Shown here in pieces: positions 1 through 7,208 of a stretch of 53,546 nt of DNA. Under the pieces are notes generated by a model. It searched no databases. It had not been told where the DNA came from and was given only the letters and a program-made list of their open reading frames with translations. A program made the position numbers and the translations under genes. Within the stretch, counting starts at the first letter, position 1. Each line of letters starts with the position of its first letter. The DNA is from a virus (taxonomy: Duplodnaviria; Caudoviricetes): positions 1-53,546 of the IMG/VR virus record IMGVR_UViG_3300045999_001420; one strand, given 5' to 3'.

Positions 1-55
1 AGGATAGGTTGTGACCTTGTGTCGTTTGCACTTGCGGAACCGCAGCAACAACCAG

Positions 56-403
56 TTAGACATTGCCGTGGAACCTTTCATAAGTGAGTGCGCTATAGCC
101 TAACCTATCCAAGAGCTTGATCTGCTCAAGGCTCAACAGCACTGTGTCGCAGTGCGGATGGGTAAACGTCCTGTGCTTGGACGTTGTGGGGCCAAACTTT
201 TCCTTGTTCTCGAACCATGTATTGGCCCTAGGAACGTAGACGAACAGCGGCCAATGGCGTCCGTAGCTATAGACCACATAGCGTGAGAAACTACCCGCTG
301 GTTCGAGAAGCCACTCAGCGTATAGCTGACCATTGGAATTCTGGAATGCTTCCTTGCGCCGTACATAGGGACCAGCTAGCCGTCCGTTAATTCGCTTAAC
401 CAT
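56..403 (-). CDS. early phage hypothetical protein (YVVYSY...TTSKH type)
   Basis: 115-aa ORF with RBS AAAGGA; the YVVYSY and TTSKH motifs resemble a common small phage early protein. Confidence 0.75.
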   Translation of the reverse strand: MVKRINGRLAGPYVRRKEAFQNSNGQLYAEWLLEPAGSFSRYVVYSYGRHWPLFVYVPRANTWFENKEKFGPTTSKHRTFTHPHCDTVLLSLEQIKLLDRLGYSALTYERFHGNV

Positions 404-418
404 AACTTATCCTTTCTT

Positions 419-470
419 AGCCTCATCAGTGCCAGCGTCACTGGCAGACCGCCGTGAGGCGGTTTCGGCT
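419..470 (-). ncRNA. type II hammerhead ribozyme
   Basis: Minus strand reads AGCC-GAAA-CCGCC-UCAC-GGCGG-UC-UGCCAG-UGACG-CUGGCA-CUGAUGA-GGCU: full core (GAAA, GUC, CUGAUGA) and all three stems. Confidence 0.92.
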
Positions 471-667
471 TAGGTGTGAACGTAACCATCCTTCTCGATA
501 GCCAACCACATGCCGCACCACTGGACGACGATTGCGTTATCCATCCCAAAGGTGGGCTGTACGGAGGCACGGAAGTTTCGATAGCTGATACCCTTCGCCT
601 TGAGGTCACCTTGGATATGCTTGCGCTTAAGGGAAACGGCTTGGGCTTTGGTGATGCGAAGCATCAT
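470..667 (-). CDS. small early hypothetical protein
   Basis: ORF overlapping the stop of 664-864 in an operon-like arrangement. Confidence 0.75.
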   Translation of the reverse strand: MMLRITKAQAVSLKRKHIQGDLKAKGISYRNFRASVQPTFGMDNAIVVQWCGMWLAIEKDGYVHT

Positions 668-864
668 GCGAACTCCTTGTTGAGGTGGGATTGGGCAGTA
701 TCCATGGCGTCACCCTTATGGTCAGTGTGATAATCGCTTAGGTGGAGGTACTCACCCTTAATGAAGAACTGTACAGTGTACTCATTCCAGTCACTAGAGT
801 AGCGTACCTTAACGCTGCGACCGTTGGGGTTGGACCCTGTGAAGATGATACGGTTAGCCATCAT
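664..864 (-). CDS. small early hypothetical protein
   Basis: ORF coupled to both neighbours; GGAAGGA upstream. Confidence 0.7.
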   Translation of the reverse strand: MMANRIIFTGSNPNGRSVKVRYSSDWNEYTVQFFIKGEYLHLSDYHTDHKGDAMDTAQSHLNKEFA

Positions 865-1103
865 TCCATTCCTTCCGTATAAGTTACGAACAGTACGGTG
901 CAGGACCTATAGGGTGTAAACTTAAGCATATCGCCGTAGTCCTCGGTCCTACCACGGGCACCGGACAGACCCATCAAAGCTTTAGCCTTCCGAAGGATGG
1001 CCCTGTTGCTGTTTGTGTTTACACTAAAGGTGGTTCGCTTTACCCAACAGTAGTTGGCCTCGCCACCAAAGGTATCTGTGTATTCCGCTGTAAACTTAGT
1101 CAT
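861..1103 (-). CDS. small early hypothetical protein (TDTFGGEANY motif)
   Basis: ORF with AAGGA upstream; motif typical of phage early proteins. Confidence 0.75.
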   Translation of the reverse strand: MTKFTAEYTDTFGGEANYCWVKRTTFSVNTNSNRAILRKAKALMGLSGARGRTEDYGDMLKFTPYRSCTVLFVTYTEGME

Positions 1104-1119
1104 TCTTTACATCCTTATG

Positions 1120-1139
1120 GGTTGACACCGATGTCAACC
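1120..1139. promoter_or_regulatory. palindrome GGTTGACA-CCGA-TGTCAACC (operator-like)
   Basis: Perfect 8-bp inverted repeat just upstream of the 861-1103 RBS. Confidence 0.45.
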
Positions 1140-1198
1140 GAGCCACCAGTGTCCCAGAAAGCGGGTCCGATGTCGATGCGACATGGTGTCGCAGTCGT

Positions 1199-1670
1199 AA
1201 CTATCTGTGCCGGTATCCGAACTATCTATTGTAAACAGATAGGCTAAGTGCTTGATATCGCCACTGAATTTCACTACTATCTGAACTATCTGTGTTTTTT
1301 CTGTTAATGTGGAGGTAACTTGGGGGGTTATGGGGTTTACGGGTGTAAAGCCTATAGGATTAGTAGAGATTAACCAAAAAAACCCCCCCGCTTATAATAT
1401 TTTTAACAGATAAATAGATAGTATAGATAGAAAAAAACTCTCCTCCATGGTAACTCCTTGGTTTCATTGGACAATCCCTAACTTTACAGTAAAGTTAGGG
1501 GTATAAGTTTACTGTAAAGTTCCAAAAGATAGTGTGCCTAAACCAGCCAAAATCACAGATAGTTGGCGCTAAGTCATTGAAATCATTAGTCCTGTAAAGT
1601 TATGGCCGCTTTACAGTAACCTTAACCTTATGTTGCAGTGCGGTAAGTGTACATTTACAGTAAACGTAAA
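1199..1670. repeat. putative replication origin with convergent ACTATCT iterons and TTTAC-W-GTAAA palindromes
   Basis: AT-rich and free of ORFs in the track. ACTATCT at 1200, 1221, 1276, 1285; inverted AGATAG(T) at 1237, 1416, 1425, 1527, 1557; 25-bp palindrome at 1476-1500. Confidence 0.65.
1245..1257 (-). promoter_or_regulatory. IHF-like site
   Basis: TAAGTGCTTGATA is the reverse complement of WATCAANNNNTTR; a one-mismatch copy lies at 1570-1582. Confidence 0.45.
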
Positions 1671-1769
1671 GTATACCATAAGCCTTAGATGTCCATATTT
1701 TTAGGGCAAGCTATAGGCCCCCGACGTATGGTCCTACTACACACCAAAGCGCGACCGCGCGCAGACAAC

Positions 1770-1800
1770 AAAAAACCCCTCCAGCCGAAGCCAGAGGGGT
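1770..1800 (-). terminator. intrinsic terminator
   Basis: ACCCCUCUGGC-UUCG-GCUGGAGGGGU followed by a U run. Confidence 0.85.
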
Positions 1801-1805
1801 CAGGG

Positions 1806-1889
1806 TCAATCAAAGTCCCATCCGTAGATCAGGATGAGGACAGCGCCCGCGAGGATGCAGAGCAGTGCGGTTCCGTAAACAGCTTCCAT
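1806..1889 (-). CDS. 27-aa single-TM peptide MEAVYGTALLCILAGAVLILIYGWDFD
   Basis: Strong RBS AAAGGAGA; lies between a hairpin and the terminator; not in the ORF track. Confidence 0.65.
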   Translation of the reverse strand: MEAVYGTALLCILAGAVLILIYGWDFD

Positions 1890-1938
1890 GGTAGTCTCCT
1901 TTGGTTGAGGGTAGGCGGGCCTTGCGGCCCGCCCTTGG

Positions 1939-2079
1939 TTATCGTTGCGAGATCACCTCGATCCGGTGCTTCTCCTTGAGGCGCTTCTTGAGCGCCTCAC
2001 TCTGCTTTCGCTTGACGGTAACTTGTACCGTGTAGTGCTTGCCCTTGACCTTCACGGTCAGCGTAAGATGCTTGTGCAT
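1939..2079 (-). CDS. 46-aa basic early protein MHKHLTLTVKVKGKHYTVQV...
   Basis: RBS AAAGGA; flanked by GC hairpins at 2106-2129 and 1914-1933; not in the ORF track. Confidence 0.7.
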   Translation of the reverse strand: MHKHLTLTVKVKGKHYTVQVTVKRKQSEALKKRLKEKHRIEVISQR

Positions 2080-2136
2080 TGTCGTTTCCTTTGTTTGAGG
2101 GAGGTGGCTCCCGCCCGGAGGCGGGAGCCGTTGGTG

Positions 2137-2424
2137 TTACTTGCTGTCGCGGAACTGGGCTTCCGTCATCGCCTTCTTATCCTTGAAGGCTGCGCGGATT
2201 TCCTTTTCGCACTTGAGGATTGCTTCCCAGTGCCAAGAGTAGAACCGCGCCGTCAGCGTTCCCTTACCTGCCGGGAAGGTAACAGCAATCTGGCCTTTGT
2301 CCGTGATGGACACGCCACCCGTTCGTGAAGCCTTGAGGGCTTCGTTCTCAGCCTTGAGGCTGAGCACGAGCTGCATGAGCTGCTCGTTCGACGGGGCTTC
2401 GGCCTTCGTGTTGACTTTCGTCAT
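2137..2424 (-). CDS. first early gene, hypothetical (coiled coil plus small domain)
   Basis: RBS GGAGA before MTKVNT; lies downstream of the putative early promoter. Confidence 0.8.
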   Translation of the reverse strand: MTKVNTKAEAPSNEQLMQLVLSLKAENEALKASRTGGVSITDKGQIAVTFPAGKGTLTARFYSWHWEAILKCEKEIRAAFKDKKAMTEAQFRDSK

Positions 2425-2502
2425 TCTAGTTCTCCACAATGTTAATCAGCAGGGCAGGATTGCCCCGCCGGAACTGGAAGGCATCTGCTTTCCAGTGACT
2501 CC

Positions 2503-2531
2503 AATGTGGCATATCCATACCAGATTGTCAA
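2503..2531 (-). promoter_or_regulatory. putative sigma70 early promoter
   Basis: TTGACA-N17-CACATT, followed by two leader hairpins (about 2447-2496). Confidence 0.5.
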
Positions 2532-2766
2532 ATCGGCGTGCAATCCCAGCGGTTTGGGCCTTGTCGCGCCATGGGCGCTCATATGCACCGCGCACGCGCA
2601 AGCGCGGCGGAAGGGCGGCACCGGGGGTACATGGACTGCAAAATTCTACCCGCCCCCCATTTGTAGGCAACCTCTCAAAGCAAGACCCCCGAAACCAATG
2701 TTAAAATTAACAGGCACCAAAAAACCAAATGTAACATTAACATAGTTAACTTTAATATCCCATCTC

Positions 2767-2795
2767 TTGACACCTGCACCCGTGAAGGTTACGTT
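2767..2795 (+). promoter_or_regulatory. putative sigma70 promoter for terS (leaderless)
   Basis: TTGACA-N17-TACGTT; the ATG starts 7 nt later and has no SD. Confidence 0.55.
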
Positions 2796-2801
2796 CGCAG
2801 C

Positions 2802-3242
2802 ATGTTCTCACCAGTTGACTACACCAAGTGGACCGACCGGCTGTGCTTTGACATCGCGCTGCGCCTTGAGGGCAGCGGCGAGGATATCCCTGATATCCTC
2901 TCTCGCCATGGTATCTCCCCCTCTGACCTCGCGGAGTTCTCGAAGGACCCGGTCTTCGACAAGAAGGTCAGGCACTACCGGGATGAAATCCGCGAGAAGG
3001 GCATCACCTTCCGGCTCAAGGCCCGCGCACAGGCAGAAGAGCTTCTCACAACCTCATGGACACTGATCCATCACCCGGATGTCAGTGCAGCAGTCAAGGC
3101 CGACCTCATCAAGTCCACCGTCAAGTGGGCTGGCCTCGAAGTCAAGGGTGACGTGCCAGAGAGCGCAGGTGGTGTTTCGATCACGATCAACCTTGGTGGT
3201 GAGAAGCAGGAGATGAAGCTTGTCGAACATGAGTCTCCTTGA
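2802..3242 (+). CDS. terS: probable terminase small subunit
   Basis: Lies upstream of terL; helical protein with C-terminal VSITINLG typical of TerS. Confidence 0.65.
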   Translation: MFSPVDYTKWTDRLCFDIALRLEGSGEDIPDILSRHGISPSDLAEFSKDPVFDKKVRHYRDEIREKGITFRLKARAQAEELLTTSWTLIHHPDVSAAVKADLIKSTVKWAGLEVKGDVPESAGGVSITINLGGEKQEMKLVEHESP

Positions 3243-3402
3243 TCTGTTCGATGACCGTGGATGCGCGGTGTTCACATCGCCCCTCGCTGCCGCCGAAGTG
3301 GAAAGCCAGCTACGCGACCATAACTATTCGTTCCGTACACGGATCGTAAAGACCCGCAAGCGCGGATTGGAATACAGGATAAGTCTGCTCAATGGGCCTT
3401 GA
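3229..3402 (+). CDS. hypothetical protein
   Basis: Fills the terS-terL gap with short overlaps. Confidence 0.5.
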   Translation: MSLLDLFDDRGCAVFTSPLAAAEVESQLRDHNYSFRTRIVKTRKRGLEYRISLLNGP

Positions 3403-4780
3403 TATCAACTATACGCCGCCTGCCACCGGTAAGAAGTTCATGGCGTCGGACGCCAAGATGCGTGTGCTTCTGGGACCTGTCGGCTCGGGCAAGAGCGTCA
3501 CCTCTTCCTTTGAAGTCGTGCGGCGTGCGTCCATGCAGGCTCCGAACGCGCAGGGCATACGCAAGACCCGTGCGGCAGTCGTCCGCGAGACGGCGCGGCA
3601 GTTGCAGGATACGACCATCAAGACGTGGCTCGACTGGTTCCCTCCGGGGGTGTGCGGCGAGTACATGCGCACGACGAAGACGTACTTCTTCAAGGTGGGC
3701 AACGTCGAGTGCGAGATCATGTTCCGTGCTCTCGATGATGCTGACGACGTGGCGAACCTGAACTCTCTTGAGTTGACCTTCGCGTGGTTCAACGAGTGCC
3801 GGGACATCCACCCTGACATTGTCGATGCGATGTCCAAACGTATTGGCCGTTTCCCATCCAAGAAGGATGGCGGGCCGACGTGGCACGGGATGTGGGGTGA
3901 TACCAACCCGCCGACCATGGACACATGGTGGTACTACCAGATGGAAGGGCTTGACCCCAAGGATGGCGTGTCGGCCAACAACAACGGCTGGGCAGTGTTC
4001 AAGCAGCCGTCAGGCCGCAGTCCGTACGCAGAGAACATCGAGAACCTCCCCGAAGGGTACTACGACACACAAGGCCGCAGTGATGAATACATCCGGGTCT
4101 ACATTGACGGTGAGTACGGGCTTAGCTCGGCGGGTATGCCGGTCTATAAGTACTTCCGCCCTGATTATCACATGGCCTCTGAGCGTCTTCGTCATATTGC
4201 CAATGGCATTCGCCCTGTCGTTGTGGGTATGGATTTGGGCCTTACGCCTGCTGCTGTCATCGGGCAGCAGGACCCGCGCGGGCGGGCGCTCGTATTCGCG
4301 GAAGCGGTCAGCTTCGACATGGGGGTCCAACGTTTCGTCCGGCAGGTCCTCAAGCCGCTCATCTACGAACGCTTCCCCGGCGCACCCATCCTCGTCGTCA
4401 CCGATCCTGCCGGTATTCAGCGGGCGCAGACGGACGAAAGGTCGGCAGTGGACATCATCAAAGCCGAGGGGCTGAAGGTCATCCCGGCGCGGACCAACTC
4501 GATCTCGGCACGCATCAACGCGGTGGACGACTACCTGATGCGTCAAGTGGACGGTGATCCCGCATTCCTCGTGGACCCCGGATGCACACAACTTAAAGCT
4601 GCCATGATGGGCGGATATCGCTACAAACCCAAGGGTGATAGCGATATCGACAAGAACAAACACTCGCACGTTGCAGAAGCCTTGCAGTATCTCATGCTGC
4701 ACATCGCCACGGCGGGCGAGGGCATGGCCCTCCAGCAGAAACGCGACATCAGGGTCCTTGCAGCCGCAGGCTGGACGTAG
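3392..4780 (+). CDS. terL: terminase large subunit
   Basis: Walker A GPVGSGKS, Walker B-like AWFNE, GDTNPP, nuclease motifs GMDLG and SHVAEALQY. Confidence 0.93.
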   Translation: MGLDINYTPPATGKKFMASDAKMRVLLGPVGSGKSVTSSFEVVRRASMQAPNAQGIRKTRAAVVRETARQLQDTTIKTWLDWFPPGVCGEYMRTTKTYFFKVGNVECEIMFRALDDADDVANLNSLELTFAWFNECRDIHPDIVDAMSKRIGRFPSKKDGGPTWHGMWGDTNPPTMDTWWYYQMEGLDPKDGVSANNNGWAVFKQPSGRSPYAENIENLPEGYYDTQGRSDEYIRVYIDGEYGLSSAGMPVYKYFRPDYHMASERLRHIANGIRPVVVGMDLGLTPAAVIGQQDPRGRALVFAEAVSFDMGVQRFVRQVLKPLIYERFPGAPILVVTDPAGIQRAQTDERSAVDIIKAEGLKVIPARTNSISARINAVDDYLMRQVDGDPAFLVDPGCTQLKAAMMGGYRYKPKGDSDIDKNKHSHVAEALQYLMLHIATAGEGMALQQKRDIRVLAAAGWT

Positions 4781-4826
4781 TAGGCTCTGCCCCGGTTTCC
4801 TCCCATGGAACCAACCCCTGTGACTT

Positions 4827-4861
4827 GGCCCTCTGCACCCAGCAGGGGGCCTTTTTCTTTT
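4827..4861 (+). terminator. intrinsic terminator after terL
   Basis: GGCCCUCUGC-ACCCA-GCAGGGGGCC followed by UUUUUCUUUU. Confidence 0.8.
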
Positions 4862-4903
4862 GGGTATTGCAACCACAGTAGCTTTGCTTTACAACTACGA
4901 AGC

Positions 4904-6952
4904 ATGGCTGCTGGATTGAGCATATTCCGTGTAGTATCTAACGATGAACTCGCCCGTCAGGAGCGAGAGCAAATCGACCGTGAGCTTCAGGCACGGCAGA
5001 ACAGTTCACTCATGCTTGGCATCGTGGACTATCTGCGTGAGTGCTGGGACGCTGCGAGGATTTCCAAGAAGCCCATCGAAGACATCATGCTCACCGCCAT
5101 GCGTCAGCGCAACGGCGAGTACGAACCGGAGAAGCTTGCCGCCATCAAGCAGCAGGGCGGCTCCGAAGTCTTCATGATGATCACGGAAGTGAAGTGCCGC
5201 GCCGCCGAAAGCTGGCTGCGTGATATCCTGCTGGATACAGGCACGCCCCCGTGGGACATCAGCCCTACGCCAATTCCTGAACTGTCACCTGCGCAGGTAC
5301 AGGAAATCAAGGCGGCGTTTGCCGACATGGTCGCACGCCTGCTTCAGGAAGAACTCCGCGCCATGACGCCATCCGAGATGGCGGAAGCGAAGGAAGCCAT
5401 CTCGCAAGAGTATCGCTTCAAGATGTTGCAGGCCGCGCAGAACCGCGCTGACAAGATGAAGCACAAGATTTCTGACCAGTTCGCAGAGGGCGGCTGGGCT
5501 GAGAGCTTCAACGATTTCATCACCGACCTCGTTACGTATCCCGCAGCCATCGTCAAAGGTCCGGTTGTGCGCCGTCAGCGCACCCTTGGGTGGCAGCAGG
5601 ACGCCTCTGGGCGCACGGTAGCCGTTCCAGTGGACAAGATCGCGCCGGAATACGAGCGCGTTGACCCGTTCTACTTCTACCCGGAGCCGGGGATTACCCG
5701 CATTCAGGACGGGTATTGCTTCCAGCACCACCCCTTGACCCGCACGATGCTGGCCGATCTCATCGGGATGCCCGGTTACGACGATCAGGCCATCCGCAAA
5801 TTGCTCGAAGAGGGCAACGGAAGCTCGTGGATCAACCAAGACATCGAGTTGATCAAGGATGAGGAGGAGCGCAAGTACCACACGGAGATGCGCCCGACCC
5901 AGATTTTCGACGCGCTTGAGTTCTGGGGCAAGATTTCCGGCCAGATGCTCCGCGAGTGGGGCATGTCGGAGGACGAAGTACCCGACGCAGCCCTTGAATA
6001 CGACGCGAATGTGTGGGTTTGCGGCAACCTTGTCCTCAAGGCCGTGCTGAATTACGACCCGCTGGGTGAAAAACCCTATGCGAAGACCTCGTTTATCAAG
6101 TGTCCGGGTGCATTTTGGGGTAAGGGTATCCCTGAGATCATCGAAGACCTCCAGAATGTCTGCAACGCAGCGGCCCGCGCCCTCGTCAACAACATGGGTA
6201 TCTCGTCTGGACCCCAAGTTGAGGTCAATCTGGAGCGTATCCCGGCCAACGAGGACATTACCCAGATTTATCCGTGGAAAATCTGGCAGGTTACCAACGA
6301 TCCGACCGGGTCTAGCGCCCCGGCAGTGCGTTTCACACAGCCGGAAGCCAATGCGACCATGCTTATGGGCGTCTACGAGCGGTTTTCGCGCCTTGCCGAC
6401 GAGCATTCTGGCATCCCGGCCTACCTTTACGGCGATCTGAACGTCCAAGGCGCTGGTCGTACGTCCTCTGGCCTCTCCATGCTCATGGGAAGCGCCGGTA
6501 AGGGCATCCGTCAGGTGGTCATGCACATCGATAGCGATGTGATCAAGCCGATTGTGGAGCGTCAGTACGTCTACAACATGCGTTATGACGACGATGAGAG
6601 CATCAAGGGTGATCTTCAGATCATGCCGCGCGGTGCGATCAACCTCGCCAACCGCGAGACGATGAATGTACGCAGGATCGAGTTCCTCAATGCCACGGCA
6701 AACCCTGCCGACATGGAGATCATGGGTCCTGATGGCCGCGCCGCGCTGCTGCGCGAGGTCGCCAAGAGCTTGCAAATGCCGACAGAAGATATTATACCTT
6801 CGCGCGAGACAGTTGCCCTTATGCAGCGTCCGTCGAAGGGACAGCCGCCGCAAGGTGGCGGCAAACCGACTCCGACACAGCCTGACGGTTCTCCCAAAGG
6901 GGGGCAGCAGGCCAACGTCGTTACAAGTAATGCGTCTGGAGGGGCACCGTGA
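4904..6952 (+). CDS. portal protein
   Basis: Follows terL; about 680 aa; VDPFYFYP, FWGKGIPE and RTSSGLSML segments typical of podoviral portals. Start at MAAGL avoids the terminator. Confidence 0.88.
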   Translation: MAAGLSIFRVVSNDELARQEREQIDRELQARQNSSLMLGIVDYLRECWDAARISKKPIEDIMLTAMRQRNGEYEPEKLAAIKQQGGSEVFMMITEVKCRAAESWLRDILLDTGTPPWDISPTPIPELSPAQVQEIKAAFADMVARLLQEELRAMTPSEMAEAKEAISQEYRFKMLQAAQNRADKMKHKISDQFAEGGWAESFNDFITDLVTYPAAIVKGPVVRRQRTLGWQQDASGRTVAVPVDKIAPEYERVDPFYFYPEPGITRIQDGYCFQHHPLTRTMLADLIGMPGYDDQAIRKLLEEGNGSSWINQDIELIKDEEERKYHTEMRPTQIFDALEFWGKISGQMLREWGMSEDEVPDAALEYDANVWVCGNLVLKAVLNYDPLGEKPYAKTSFIKCPGAFWGKGIPEIIEDLQNVCNAAARALVNNMGISSGPQVEVNLERIPANEDITQIYPWKIWQVTNDPTGSSAPAVRFTQPEANATMLMGVYERFSRLADEHSGIPAYLYGDLNVQGAGRTSSGLSMLMGSAGKGIRQVVMHIDSDVIKPIVERQYVYNMRYDDDESIKGDLQIMPRGAINLANRETMNVRRIEFLNATANPADMEIMGPDGRAALLREVAKSLQMPTEDIIPSRETVALMQRPSKGQPPQGGGKPTPTQPDGSPKGGQQANVVTSNASGGAP

Positions 6953-7197
6953 TCCGCCCCACTGACGAGGTTGTGAAGGCTATGGCCCTCATTGTGAGGC
7001 AGTACCCGCAGGTACTGACCTTCTTCAAGGAGTGGAAGGCCCACGAACTCGAACAACTTCCATTCGCTTCAGGTGCTTCGGCAGTGTCACAGGGGCGCTG
7101 CCAAGTATTAGCCGAACTCGTGAAGTTGGCTACAAATTCCCCTGATTTGGCGGCAAAGCAGCCACGCTCGCCGACCAACCCTACGCATACCGGATAG
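6949..7197 (+). CDS. small protein after portal
   Basis: GTGA overlap with the portal stop; typical gene slot. Confidence 0.7.
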   Translation: MIRPTDEVVKAMALIVRQYPQVLTFFKEWKAHELEQLPFASGASAVSQGRCQVLAELVKLATNSPDLAAKQPRSPTNPTHTG

Positions 7198-7208
7198 GAG
7201 CGTATTAA

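Noticed and set aside
1304-1319. CtrA-like TTAA-N7-GTAAC, and TTAA runs at 2701-2756
   Set aside because: Mismatch or wrong spacing in AT-rich DNA; too weak
1199-1670. Repeats as a CRISPR array
   Set aside because: Units are 7-11 bp, in both orientations and irregularly spaced; the Cas4-like gene is a common stand-alone phage nuclease
2425-2500. Second hammerhead in the early leader
   Set aside because: Has GAAA and CUGAUUA but no CUGANGA core or correct stem order; read as two plain hairpins
1689-2745. Plus-strand ORFs 1689-1979, 1945-2328, 2297-2704 and 2506-2745
   Set aside because: Antisense to RBS-supported early genes and their hairpins; no protein motifs
4805-4903. N-terminal extension of the portal in the ORF track
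   Set aside because: It runs through the terminator and the putative promoter; ATG 4904 is preferred
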